A stretch of DNA of 64,000 bases from an uncultured delta proteobacterium (GTDB lineage Bacteria; Myxococcota_A; Polyangia; Polyangiales; Polyangiaceae). Below are positions 21,437 through 31,255 of this stretch, one piece after another. The notes beneath the pieces were generated by a model. The model was not told the DNA's origin and searched no databases. It saw nothing but the letters and a program-made list of their open reading frames with translations. The position numbers and the translations under genes are program-made. Location of the stretch: the NCBI GenBank assembly GCA_963806225.1, contig CAWDXG010000001.1, positions 1,248,001 through 1,312,000 of the forward strand. The letters are read 5' to 3'. Position 1 is the first letter of the stretch. Each line of letters starts with the position of its first letter.

Positions 21437-22249
21437 ATGACGGCGACCGACGAGACGGGAAACATCGAGCGCTGGGTCCGCGTTGCGTACGCGGCCAAGG
21501 GCTTCATCTATCTGCTGCTGGGCGCACTGTGCGTCGATGCGGTGGTTGCCGGTCCGGTGTTGCCGGGGACGCACGGCGTCGGCCGCGCGCTCCTGGTGCT
21601 GGGCGCTCTGGGGCTTGCCGCCTATGCAGTCTGGCGCTTCGCGCAGGGCGTGCTCGACTTCGAGCACGACGGCCTGGGGCTTCGCGGCCTGCTGCGGCGC
21701 GGAGGCTACCTGCTCAGCGGCGTGCTGCACGGCGCGCTGGCCGTCGCGGCCGTGCAGCTCAGCGCCTCGCGTGCTGCGGCTCGCGCTCCTACGTGGGTCG
21801 GGGAGCTGCACGCGCAGCCGGCGGGGCTGGCCCTGGTCGGGACGCTCGGCGTGCTGATCATGGCGTCCGGCGTGTACCAGATGCTGATCGGGCTGACCGC
21901 CGCGTTCTTCGAGCGGCTCGACACGAGGCGCATGACCCCGCGCTCGGTGCGCTGGGCTGTGTTCGCCGGGCGCGTCGGCATTGCGGGGCGGGGCCTGGTG
22001 CTGCTCGGTCTCGGTGCGCTGCTCGCGCACGGAGCGTACGGTGACGGAGGCGCCGCGGCTCACAGCATCATCGCCCGGCTCGCGCGGATCGCCGGGACTC
22101 CGCTGGGCGCGTTCGTGATCGTCGGCGCGGGCCTGTGCCTGATCGCGTACGGCGTGCACATGGTGGTCTGGTCGCGCTATCTGATGTTCCGCCGCGCGCC
22201 GCCAGATGACCCGGTCCTGCCGCAAGGCGTCTCGCCGCAGGCGAGGTGA
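21437..22249 (+). CDS. DUF1206-like multi-pass membrane protein
   Basis: Three repeats (RVAYAAKGFIY..., AYAVWRF, GIAGRGLV, GLCLIAYGV). Confidence 0.75.
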   Translation: MTATDETGNIERWVRVAYAAKGFIYLLLGALCVDAVVAGPVLPGTHGVGRALLVLGALGLAAYAVWRFAQGVLDFEHDGLGLRGLLRRGGYLLSGVLHGALAVAAVQLSASRAAARAPTWVGELHAQPAGLALVGTLGVLIMASGVYQMLIGLTAAFFERLDTRRMTPRSVRWAVFAGRVGIAGRGLVLLGLGALLAHGAYGDGGAAAHSIIARLARIAGTPLGAFVIVGAGLCLIAYGVHMVVWSRYLMFRRAPPDDPVLPQGVSPQAR

Positions 22250-22394
22250 GGGCAGCGCAGGGATTGCGGTTTCCGTAGCGAGCCGCGCACGCGCTGCATG
22301 CGGGCAGTGGGAACGGCGCGATGCGTCACGAGACGGGAAATAGCCACTCTTGCGCAGGGCCCCGTGTGGAACAACACTTGCAATCAGGCAACTC

Positions 22395-22826
22395 GTGTCC
22401 CGATCCTTTCGCTGCAGCCGATGCGGCGGCATCAACCGCGTGCCGCATCCGCTCCCTCCAGGCTCTCCGATCTGCGGGCGCTGTCGGGACACGCTCGACA
22501 TGTCGGGCGCTCCCCAGCAGGTCGACGCGGCGGGCATGAAGGCCACCATCGCCAAGTCCCCGGTTCCCGTGCTGGTCGACTTCTGGGCGGAGTGGTGCGG
22601 CCCCTGCCGCATGGCCGCTCCGCTGCTCGACAAGCTCGCGCGCGAGAACGCCGGTCGCATCATCGTGCTCAAGCTCGACACGGACGCGAACCCCGGTCCG
22701 TCCGAGGAGCTCGGCATCCGCGGCATCCCCACGTTCATCGTCTTCAAGGGCGGGACCGAAGCCGCGCGCCAGAGCGGTCTGCCGCCGCAGTCGATGTTCA
22801 AGCAGTGGATCGGCGCGCAGCTCTAG
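22395..22826 (+). CDS. trxC: Thioredoxin 2 with N-terminal zinc finger; start uncertain
   Basis: CSRC..NR...CGRC zinc finger followed by VDFWAEWCGPC and IRGIPT. Confidence 0.9.
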   Translation: MSRSFRCSRCGGINRVPHPLPPGSPICGRCRDTLDMSGAPQQVDAAGMKATIAKSPVPVLVDFWAEWCGPCRMAAPLLDKLARENAGRIIVLKLDTDANPGPSEELGIRGIPTFIVFKGGTEAARQSGLPPQSMFKQWIGAQL

Positions 22827-22852
22827 GCGGGTTCGCGTCGCGCGCCGTTTCG

Positions 22853-23545
22853 CTACTCTTCCTCGCCGATCGTGCACGACAGCGCGCGGGCTACGGTGGC
22901 GCGGCCCTGATCGAGCCACTTGCCGCCGGGCGTCCAGTGCAGCTTCGCGCCGTCGAGCTGACCGAGGAAGCGCACCTTGCAGGTCGCCACGAAACGCGCG
23001 AGCTTCTTCGCTTCGACGCCGGCCGAGGGCTCGTCGTGAAGCCGCATCGCCACCGCGGGCGTCGCCCACAGCCCCGCCACCAGGATCAGCTGGTTGTCCG
23101 GCCACGTACGGTAGGGTTGGATGATGCTCTTCTTGTTGTCGTCGATCGGCTGGCTTGGATCTTTCGGCCAGGGCTCGCTCTCGGCCTTGTAGCCGCAGTG
23201 CACGCCGCCGAGCGTCTTGTCCGAAGCACACGCCAGGTTGTTGTAGTCGGCCGTGACCAGCGTGATGCGCACCTCGGACGTGTTGCCCTTGCGCCAGGTG
23301 GATGTGTCGGTCTTCGACGGCCCCGGTTTCTGGAACAGGTTGCCGATGGTCGACATCGGGATGAACACCATCAGCGCGACGATGACCGCTGCGATGATGA
23401 AACGTCCGCCCACGACCGGCGTCGGCTCCGGCTCCTTCCGCTTCTTCTTCGCCGCCGGACGGGAGCCCGCCGTCTTCGCGGGGGGGCGGCTGGCGCCCTT
23501 CTTCGCGGAGGGGCGGCTACCCTGGCTCGACTTCTTCTGGGCCAT
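22853..23545 (-). CDS. Hypothetical membrane-anchored protein
   Basis: Basic N-terminus, single TM helix, periplasmic domain with four Cys. Confidence 0.7.
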   Translation of the reverse strand: MAQKKSSQGSRPSAKKGASRPPAKTAGSRPAAKKKRKEPEPTPVVGGRFIIAAVIVALMVFIPMSTIGNLFQKPGPSKTDTSTWRKGNTSEVRITLVTADYNNLACASDKTLGGVHCGYKAESEPWPKDPSQPIDDNKKSIIQPYRTWPDNQLILVAGLWATPAVAMRLHDEPSAGVEAKKLARFVATCKVRFLGQLDGAKLHWTPGGKWLDQGRATVARALSCTIGEEE

Positions 23546-23638
23546 CTCGGCCGGTGATACCGCAAAACGGGCGGGTTCCCCAGAGGATCCTGCCTCGGCG
23601 CGGGCCCCGGCCCCGTCGTGCTAGCTTTCCGGGCCGGT

Positions 23639-24511
23639 ATGCAGCTCGAGGGTGTGGCACAGCCCCCCCGGCAGGGCGGCTCCCTGTTCGGGTTCGTGAC
23701 GGCTCGCTACGACCGGCGGAGCCTGGTCGCGCTCGCGGTGCTGGTGCTGACCGGCGCGGCGGTCGGCTACCGCTGGAGCGATCTCATCGACGTGGATGGC
23801 GGCATGGACTGGCTGCTCGTCGGCATCTGGCTGTGGATGGCGGCGCTCCTGACCTGGAACGTGCGTCCGCGCCGCGATCTGGTCGTGCTCGCCGTCGGCC
23901 TCGGTGGCGGCGCCTTCATCGAGTGGTGGGGCACCCAGACGCAGCTCTGGCACTACTTCACCGCCGAGCGCCCACCCTTGTGGATCCTGCCGGCCTGGCC
24001 CGTCGCCGCGCTCAGCATCGACCGGCTCGCGCACTTCCTCGACCTCGCGCGCGGCCGCGCCGAGGCACGGCGCCCCGTGCCGGCGTCGTTCTATCGCGTC
24101 GCCTACTGGCTGCTGCTGCCCGGCTACATGCTCTGGATGTTCACATTCATGGGCCCCACGTGGAGCACGACCGCCTCGCGCGTCGTCGGCGTGCTCATGC
24201 TCGCCGTGGTGCTGCGCTCGAAGCAGCACCGCCGCGACGTGGTCATGTTCGCCGCCGGCTCCCTGCTCGGCTTGTTCCTCGAATACTGGGGCACCAGCCG
24301 CGAGTGCTGGACCTACTACACCGCGCAGGTGCCCCCCGCCGTCGCCGTCTTCGCCCACGGCTTCGCTGCCGTCGTGTTCGCGCGCTGCACGGACGTGGGG
24401 ATGGCGCTGCTCGAAGGGTTGAACAGGAAGGCGGGAAGGCTGGAAGGTTTTCTGGGGTCGAGTGGACGGCGGCGGCTAGCGGCCAATCCAGAGGCTGCTC
24501 CGCCGGAGTAG
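23639..24511 (+). CDS. Integral membrane protein with internal duplication (DUF2878/CruF-like)
   Basis: Multiple TM helices; duplicated motifs EWWGT...WHY and EYWGT...WTY. Confidence 0.7.
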   Translation: MQLEGVAQPPRQGGSLFGFVTARYDRRSLVALAVLVLTGAAVGYRWSDLIDVDGGMDWLLVGIWLWMAALLTWNVRPRRDLVVLAVGLGGGAFIEWWGTQTQLWHYFTAERPPLWILPAWPVAALSIDRLAHFLDLARGRAEARRPVPASFYRVAYWLLLPGYMLWMFTFMGPTWSTTASRVVGVLMLAVVLRSKQHRRDVVMFAAGSLLGLFLEYWGTSRECWTYYTAQVPPAVAVFAHGFAAVVFARCTDVGMALLEGLNRKAGRLEGFLGSSGRRRLAANPEAAPPE

Positions 24512-24532
24512 CGAAGGCGCGTCGGAGCGTCG

Positions 24533-25321
24533 CTACAGACAGCTCTTGAAGACGGCCTGGTACAGCGCCTTGCCCAGCACCTTCTGGCCTTCGGTGCCGA
24601 AGTGGATGCCGTCCTTGAAGGGCTTGGCGTAGCGGCGGCATAGCTTTTCGCTCTCGCCACAGGAGAGCAGCGGATAGGCGTCGACCACGAAGTCCACGTC
24701 GCCGCTCGCGGGCTCGGCCTTGATCCAGCGGTTCAGCTCGAGCGTGTGCTTCTGCCGCCGCTGGTTGAAGTAGCGCTTGAAGCCGCCCCAGGGCGTGACC
24801 GTGATCGCGACGACTTTCATCCCGTGCTCGTGCGCGGCTTTGTACATCTTCGTCAGGTCGCGCTCGATCCTCGCGTTCGTGCGGTGGGCCGTGAGATCGC
24901 TGTACAGGTCGTTCACGCCGCCGAACACGATCAGGTGCGTGTAGTGAGGCTTCGACGGGCCGAGCACGTCGCGCGCGAAGCGGCGGCGCATCTGGTTGAC
25001 CATGTTGCCGCCCACGCCGTAGTTGTCGAAGTGGCTCTGCGGGCAGTGCTTCTCGAGGTAGGCGAGGTACTTGCCGCCGTGCGAGCGCGTGTCCGTGATG
25101 GAGTCGCCGATCGCCGCGACCGTGCAGACGCGCTTCACACGCGCCGGCGTCGTCGACGCGCTGGCCGAGGCGCGGGGGCGCGGGGTCGGCTTGGCCGGAG
25201 CGGCGGACAGCGCCGTCGCCGGAACCGTGCCCGCCGGGCCGCCGGGCCGCGGAGCCAGCGCGACCGCGCCGGCGATCGCCCCCGCTATGCCCAGAGCCGC
25301 GATGGAAGAGCCAAGCTGCAT
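24533..25321 (-). CDS. SGNH/GDSL hydrolase, exported
   Basis: AIGDSIT, N.GVGG, GGVND and DGIH blocks; N-terminal hydrophobic segment. Confidence 0.92.
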   Translation of the reverse strand: MQLGSSIAALGIAGAIAGAVALAPRPGGPAGTVPATALSAAPAKPTPRPRASASASTTPARVKRVCTVAAIGDSITDTRSHGGKYLAYLEKHCPQSHFDNYGVGGNMVNQMRRRFARDVLGPSKPHYTHLIVFGGVNDLYSDLTAHRTNARIERDLTKMYKAAHEHGMKVVAITVTPWGGFKRYFNQRRQKHTLELNRWIKAEPASGDVDFVVDAYPLLSCGESEKLCRRYAKPFKDGIHFGTEGQKVLGKALYQAVFKSCL

Positions 25322-25400
25322 GCTCCCGATCCCCCTAGCATATCCCACCGCGCCGCCCCAATCGTGGCCCGTAGTCCGATCACCATGCAAGCTGGGGGAT

Positions 25401-25714
25401 CCGGCGCAGCGAATCGCGTCGGGGGTCCGGCGGCGGTGAGCCTCCGGCGGAGGATTCCGGTGGGGGTAAGCGTAGGGGTGCCCCCACTCGCAGGTGCTCG
25501 GCTTCGCCTGCGCGCCTGCGGTCTCCCCCAAACTCGTGCTCGCCTCCGGCTGCGCGCGAGTGGGGGAGACGTCCGGCGCGGCACGTCAGTCCGCAACCCA
25601 TCCCACGCCGCCCCCCGCCGTAGGGCGAGCGAAGCGAGCCCCGGCGCAGCGAAGCGAATCGCGTGAGGGGGGCGCGGGGGGCAAAGAGCCCCCCGGGAGG
25701 ATTCCGGTGGGGGT
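25401..25714. repeat. REP-like palindromic intergenic element cluster
   Basis: Exact 19-bp direct repeat GGAGGATTCCGGTGGGGGT (25449-25467, 25696-25714); repeated CCGGCGCAGCGAA...GCGAATCGCGT; inverted pair CCCCCACTCGC/GCGAGTGGGGG (25481-25491, 25556-25566). Confidence 0.65.
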
Positions 25715-25752
25715 GGGCGGGCGGGATACGGACGAGTACGCTCGGCGCCGAC

Positions 25753-26485
25753 ATGGGCTCCGTCGCCGACGTGTACCGCCAGACCCGCAAGAAGCCGGAT
25801 TCTCGTCTGGAACACCTACGTCGCTCGTCCCGTCGCCGCCGTCGTGGTCACCGCGCTGCGCGGCACGCGCGTCACGCCGAACCAGATCACGATCACCGCG
25901 GTGTTCGTCGCGGTCGCGTCGGCCGCGCTGCTCGTGTTCGTGCCCGGCTACGTCGGGCTGGTCGCTGCCGTCGTCGTGTTCGAGCTGTCCTACGTGCTCG
26001 ACTGCGCCGACGGCATGCTGGCCCGTTTCCGCGAGACGGCGTCGACCGGCGGCCACCTGCTCGACTTCCTGATGGACGAGCTCAAGGCGTTCGTGCTGCT
26101 TGGCGCCGCAGCCGTTCGCCTGTTCCGCTTCGGCACGCCCTGGTTCGGACCGCGGCCGGGAAACCCCGCGCTGCTCATGCTCGGCATCGCGGGCCTCGTG
26201 TGCCTGGCCAGCGGCATTGCGCTCACCACCTTCCAGCGCCGCCCCGAGATCGCCGGCAAGCCCGCCGATTGGCCCAACGTTGTAGCGCCGCGCCGCTCGC
26301 TGGTCGGTCGCGCCGTGGGCCTGGTCGAGCGCGTTGCCAAGCTGCTCATCCACTACCCGTCGTACATCCTGTTCGTCGGCCTGAGCGGCCACCTCGAGCT
26401 CTATTTCTACCCGTACATCGCCGTGAACGCGCTGTATGCCGCCAAGGCGTTCATGTCCGTCACGCTGCGCTTCGGGCGGAGCTGA
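25753..26485 (+). CDS. CDP-alcohol phosphatidyltransferase family protein (frameshift near 25800)
   Basis: WNTYVARP, VTPNQIT, LDCADGMLAR...G..LDFLMD. Confidence 0.88.
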
Positions 26486-26672
26486 CTCCGGCCGGAGCTG
26501 ACTTCGGTGGGCCCGGGCGCGGCGCAGCCGCGCGTTTGGGACCACCCGCCGCGCGCAGCGGAGCGAGCGCGGCGGGCCGTCGAGCTCGGCACGTGGCGGA
26601 GGGCACCCCAACACACGTTGTCGGGAAGACTGCGCGCGTCCCGGACCTCGGATCGCGCCGCGGCCCGCCCGT

Positions 26673-26847
26673 GAGCTTGGAGGCGAAAACGCGCGTCTGG
26701 CGCCTGGAATGGGCGCCAAGCTCGAGGCTGGAGGCGAAAACGCGCGTCTGGCGCCTGGAATGCGCGCCAAGCGGAGCTTGGAGGCGGAAACGCGCGTCTG
26801 GCGCCTGGAATGGGCGCCAAGCTCGAGCTTGGAGGCGGAAACGCGCG
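26673..26847. repeat. Tandem array of ~3.5 copies of a 50-51 bp palindromic unit
   Basis: Unit GAGCTTGGAGGCGAAAACGCGCGTCTGGCGCCTGGAATGGGCGCCAAGCTC; copies start at 26673, 26724, 26774 and 26825; no spacers. Confidence 0.9.
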
Positions 26848-26987
26848 CGGTCCGCGGTTCGCCACTGCGTACAGTTCGGCGCGGACGCGGATCTGCGCGC
26901 GCCGCCCTCGTCCGCGCTTCGGGCCGCAGTGCGCCCCCCGCGCCCGCGCCGCTCTGCGCACCTATGTCGCCCCCCCGCGCCCGCGCG

Positions 26988-27693
26988 CTATTCCTCGTCC
27001 TTCGTCTCGCTCCGCGCTTTGCGCATCAGCTCGTCGATGGCGCGCTGCGCGTCGCGGCTGGGCTTGGCATCGTCGGGGATCGAACCGACGCGTTCGCGGC
27101 GCTTCCGCTTCTTCCGCCGCTTGGGCGGCGCGTTCTGCATCTGGTCGAGCCAGGCGCGCTGGGCGTTCTTCCCCGGGTCGCGCCAGCTGCCGTGCGGGAC
27201 CGGCCCGCGGCGTCGCTTCCAGTGCTGGAAGAGCTGCCACGCCTCCGCGCCGTCGAGCGGCGGGATGGGGATCAGGTTGATGGCGATGAGCCACAGATTG
27301 GCTCCGAGGAACACCGACAGCAGCGACCACAGGAACAGCGTTCGGCGGCGGACCGCCCACGCGGAGCGCGATCCACACCGCCGCGTACAGCGCTGCCTGC
27401 ATCAGCACGCCGCCCCAGGCGATGAGCGACCGCTCGAACGCCGTCGCGTCCCCCGCCCACGCGCACGCGCCGCCGAGCCCGGTCACCTCGATCCCGATGA
27501 CGCGGTGCCCCGTGCGCCATACCAGCAGCGCGTGGCCGAGCTCGTGCAGCAGCACCAGCAGCACGAAGCCCAGGATGAACCCCGGCTGGAAGCGGAAGCC
27601 GTCGAACACGACGGCTACCACCGGTATCGACCAGTGGAGCCGCACGGGCGCCCCGCGCACCCGCATCAGCGTCCAGTAGCCCGAGCGGAACAC
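26988..27693 (-). CDS. Site-2 protease, peptidase M50 family (frameshift ~27310-27340)
   Basis: VRLHWS, LLHELGH (HExxH), AWGGV, NLIPIPPLDG. Confidence 0.85.
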
Positions 27694-27770
27694 CCCGGGA
27701 ACATAGCCGCCAACGCCGACAAAGCCCGTGCCCCATTGATGCGCGGTTAAAGTCGTGGTTCGGATGGGAC

Positions 27771-28356
27771 ATGGGTCACACGATCGACCTTTCCGCACAC
27801 CCGCCCGAGCGGCTCTCCGCCGCCATCCGCGATGTCTTGACTGGCGCTCCCGACGCGCTCGGCGGCCGCCTGCCGTCCGCCGAGCATCTCAGACAGGGCG
27901 CCGAGGCCGTCACCCACGACCAGCCTGGCTCGGCCGCGGTGCACTTCCAGTCGCTGCTCGGAGATCGGCTATCTGATCGCGAGCGCCGACGGCTTCGCCG
28001 AAGAGGAGCGCCACGCGCTGGCCACCCTGCTCGAAGCCGTGCTCGGACGTGCCGTGTCGCACGACGACCTGGAGCTGCACTTCAAGGATCTCGACGCCGC
28101 CGTCGAGATTCTCGGCCGCCGTGAACGGTTGCGCCGCGCCGCGGAGGACTTCGAGGACGACCTCGGCCGCAGCGAGGCGCTCGGCTTCGCCGCGCTGGTC
28201 GCCGTTGCCGATGGACACCTCGCCGAGCCCGAGGCCAGCGCGCTGGACGAGCTCGGATCGTTCCTCGGTCTGGAGGCTGCCGAAGTGGAAGCTGCGATCG
28301 ACCGCGTCGTGGGGGACATCAAGAGCCGTCTCGCCGACAAGGAAGGAACGCCGTGA
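27771..28356 (+). CDS. TerB-like (tellurite resistance fold) protein (frameshift near 27960)
   Basis: Twin motifs IASADG..EEE and VAVADG....E after correcting one indel; its stop overlaps the mglA GTG. Confidence 0.7.
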
Positions 28357-28937
28357 GCTTCATCAACCACATGGCGAAGGAGATCAACTGCAAGATCGTC
28401 TACTACGGCCCCGGCCTGTGCGGGAAGACGACCAACCTGCAGTACATCTTCGAGAAGACCAACCCTGCCTCCAAGGGCAAGATGATCTCGCTCGCCACCG
28501 AGACCGAGCGCACGTTGTTCTTCGACTTCATGCCGATCGATCTGGGTATGGTGAAGGGCTTCAAGGTGCGCTTCCACCTGTACACGGTGCCCGGCCAGGT
28601 CTTCTACGACGCCAGCCGCAAGCTGATCCTGAAGGGCGCCGACGGCATCATCTTCGTTGCCGACTCGCAGCCCGAGCGCTTCGAGGCGAACCAGGAGAGC
28701 GTGTCGAACCTCGCGACCAACCTGGCCGAGTACAACATGCGGCTCGGGGACGTGCCGTACGTCATGCAGTACAACAAGCGCGACATCCCCGGCGCCATGG
28801 CCGTCGAGGAGCTCCGCCCCGCGCTGAACCCCCTCGGCGTTCCCGAGTTCGAGGCCGTCGCGCGGACCGGTCCCGGCGTGTTCGATACGCTCAAGTCGCT
28901 GTCGAAGCTGGTGCTGGGCCGTATGCGCGGGGGCTGA
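28353..28937 (+). CDS. mglA: MglA-family small GTPase
   Basis: [39 protein letters not shown]. Confidence 0.92.
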   Translation: MSFINHMAKEINCKIVYYGPGLCGKTTNLQYIFEKTNPASKGKMISLATETERTLFFDFMPIDLGMVKGFKVRFHLYTVPGQVFYDASRKLILKGADGIIFVADSQPERFEANQESVSNLATNLAEYNMRLGDVPYVMQYNKRDIPGAMAVEELRPALNPLGVPEFEAVARTGPGVFDTLKSLSKLVLGRMRGG

Positions 28938-28939
28938 CC

Positions 28940-29602
28940 GTGGCGGTGACGTCGTCCGGTGTCGTTCGATGGCCGGCCGTTCTGGCTGTGGCGGGCCTCG
29001 TCGCGTGTTCAAGCGGTCTCGACAATCTGAGCTCGTCTGGCCGGGACGGGTCGGTCGACTCGAGCGGCGGCGCGTCGGGAAGCGCCGGGCACGACGCAGG
29101 TGTCGGGGCGTCTGCGGGCAGCGGCGGCAGTGTGGGCAGCGGCGGCGCGGCGGGCAGCGGCGGCAGCGCGGGCAGCGGCGGCGCGGCGGGCAGCGGCGGC
29201 GCGGCGGGCAGCGGCGGCGCGGCGGGCAGCGGCGGCAGCGCAGGCAGCGGCGGCGCGGCGGGCAGCGGCGGCACAGCCGGAACCGGGCCGGGAGTCGTCG
29301 CGTGCGGCAGCTCGAACTGCGACCTCACGACCGGCCAGGCGTGCTGCTTGATGAACAACAGTATCGCCTGCGTGGCGGGCAGTTCCTGTTCGAGTGACCA
29401 GATCCGCTGTGACGGGCCCGAGGACTGCCCCGGTGAGGTCTGCTGCGAAAGGCTGAACGGGCCTCAAACGCAGGTGCGGCATCTCGATTGCCAGAGTCAA
29501 TGCGGCACCGATCCGCGGATCTGCCATACCAGCCAGGACTGTCCAGCGGGACTGCAGTGCGTGCCGTCTTCCCTGCTCCCGGGCTACTACCATTGTGGCT
29601 GA
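28940..29602 (+). CDS. Cys-rich lipoprotein with Gly/Ser/Ala linker
   Basis: Lipobox LVAC, GSGGAA repeats, CDGPEDCPGEVCC domain. Confidence 0.78.
   Translation: MAVTSSGVVRWPAVLAVAGLVACSSGLDNLSSSGRDGSVDSSGGASGSAGHDAGVGASAGSGGSVGSGGAAGSGGSAGSGGAAGSGGAAGSGGAAGSGGSAGSGGAAGSGGTAGTGPGVVACGSSNCDLTTGQACCLMNNSIACVAGSSCSSDQIRCDGPEDCPGEVCCERLNGPQTQVRHLDCQSQCGTDPRICHTSQDCPAGLQCVPSSLLPGYYHCG
29114..29272 (+). repeat. In-frame 18-bp coding tandem repeat (AGSGGA/S, about 9 copies)
   Basis: GCGGGCAGCGGCGGC(GCG/AGC) units in tandem. Confidence 0.85.
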
Positions 29603-29614
29603 GGCGCCAAGGCG

Positions 29615-31255
29615 TCAGTCGCCGATCTTCCGTCGTTCCTTCGCGAAGATGTCGACGATGGGCTGCTCCTGCAGCGTGTTCGTCGGCGAAGCGCGACTGA
29701 CGCGGAGGTCGCGCGGCATGATGAATAGATCGGCGAGCGTCTTCGGCGTGAGGTAGCTCAGGCCGGTGGGGACGCGCGTGGGCAGCGGCACCGGATGGGT
29801 CGCGCACAGCACGAAGCCCCAGTCGCCGAAGGTGGGGACGGCGGCGTGGTAGGGCCGCGTATCGAGGCCGGCGCTCTGGATCGTGCGCAGGATGCTGTCG
29901 AAGGTGCGCGGCGAGCTGAACGCGCTGGTCGCCTGCACCACGGCAACGCCGCCGGGCGCGATGCGACGCGCGAGCTGCCGGTAGAAGTAGTGCGTGTAGT
30001 TCTTGCTGTCGGCGTAGCCCCAGGGATCGGGCAGGTCGACAATAACGGCGTCGAAGCGCGAGCTCCCGTCCCTGAGCCACGCGATGGGCTCGCGCTGGAT
30101 CACGTGCACCTTGTCCGAGCGCATCGCGTCGCGTGAGCGATCGCGGAGCCAGCGCTGCTCGCGCGCGAGCCTGGCGACGGTGGCGTCGACCACGACGGCC
30201 GTGACCGACTGCACCGCGGGGTGGCGCAGGATCTCGCGGGCGGCCATGCCGTCGGCCGAGCCGAGCACCAGCACGCGCCGCGGGTGAGCGACGGCGCCGA
30301 GCACGGGGTGCACGAGCGCCTCGTAGTAGCGCGGCTCGTCCAGGCTGGACACTTTCAGGTGACCGTCGACGAACAGCTCGAAGTTCTGTTGCCCGGAGGT
30401 GACGACGAAGGTCTGGCGGTCCGTGTGCCGCGCGTAGACGATCTCGTTGACGTAGTGGTGGTGGTCGGCGAGCGGTACGACGCGCTGCCACGCCGCGAAC
30501 AGGCCAAGGCCGGCGACGAAGACGAGCCCCGCCGCGCCCTGGCCGAGGCGCGGATGGCGGAGCGGGTGGCGCTCGAGGAAGAACCAGAGCGCGCTCCACC
30601 AGCCGCCGAGCACCGCGAGCACCAGCGCGATGGCCGCGCCGGCGCGCGGCAGGCCGATCAGTGTCGCCGAGCCGGCCGCGATCCCCAGCGCGAGCGCGAT
30701 GGCCAGCAGCCGGAACGGGTTGACCAGGCGTGACAGCGCACCGAGCTGGCGCACCGGACGCGCGAGCAGCAGCCAGCCGCTGCGGGCGCCCGCTCCCAAC
30801 AGCAGGCCTGCGACGACCGGCAGCGCCAGCACCGCGATGTTGAAGAGCCGCGGGCGCTCGAAGGCGAAGAACAGCGCTGGCGCCGCCGCGCCGGTGACGA
30901 GCGCTAGCGCGAGGACCAGCGCCGGGAAGCGCTGCGGCAGTGCGGCGGTGCGGCGCCGCAGCGCGAACCAGCCGGAGAGCGTCGCAGCAGCGCCCAGCGC
31001 CTCGGCGAGCCACAGCGCCGGACCGGAGCCCGGATCGAGATAGACGAGGAGCAGCCGCCCGAACAGCTGGTGGGCGGCGGCGAGCAGCGCCACGACCAGG
31101 AGCAGCACGTAGTAGAAAACGGGGCGCGCGGCGTCGACGTGCTCGCCCGCCTGGGCGCCGGGGTGCGCGTAGCCGGCGGGCGCGCCGCTTGTGTCTGATC
31201 CGGTAGCGCGGCTCGTGTCCCCGGCGGGGCCGGTGTCGTCCCCGCTACTTGCCAC
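29615..31255 (-). CDS. Membrane-bound polyamine aminopropyltransferase (spermidine synthase-like); start uncertain
   Basis: About 7 N-terminal TM helices; LFVDG, YYEALVHP, FDAVIVDLPDP, VPTFGDWGF. Confidence 0.82.
   Translation of the reverse strand: MASSGDDTGPAGDTSRATGSDTSGAPAGYAHPGAQAGEHVDAARPVFYYVLLLVVALLAAAHQLFGRLLLVYLDPGSGPALWLAEALGAAATLSGWFALRRRTAALPQRFPALVLALALVTGAAAPALFFAFERPRLFNIAVLALPVVAGLLLGAGARSGWLLLARPVRQLGALSRLVNPFRLLAIALALGIAAGSATLIGLPRAGAAIALVLAVLGGWWSALWFFLERHPLRHPRLGQGAAGLVFVAGLGLFAAWQRVVPLADHHHYVNEIVYARHTDRQTFVVTSGQQNFELFVDGHLKVSSLDEPRYYEALVHPVLGAVAHPRRVLVLGSADGMAAREILRHPAVQSVTAVVVDATVARLAREQRWLRDRSRDAMRSDKVHVIQREPIAWLRDGSSRFDAVIVDLPDPWGYADSKNYTHYFYRQLARRIAPGGVAVVQATSAFSSPRTFDSILRTIQSAGLDTRPYHAAVPTFGDWGFVLCATHPVPLPTRVPTGLSYLTPKTLADLFIMPRDLRVSRASPTNTLQEQPIVDIFAKERRKIGD

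Noticed and set aside
26673..26847. CRISPR array
   Set aside because: The units abut with no unique spacers, are about 51 bp long, and no cas genes are present in the window.
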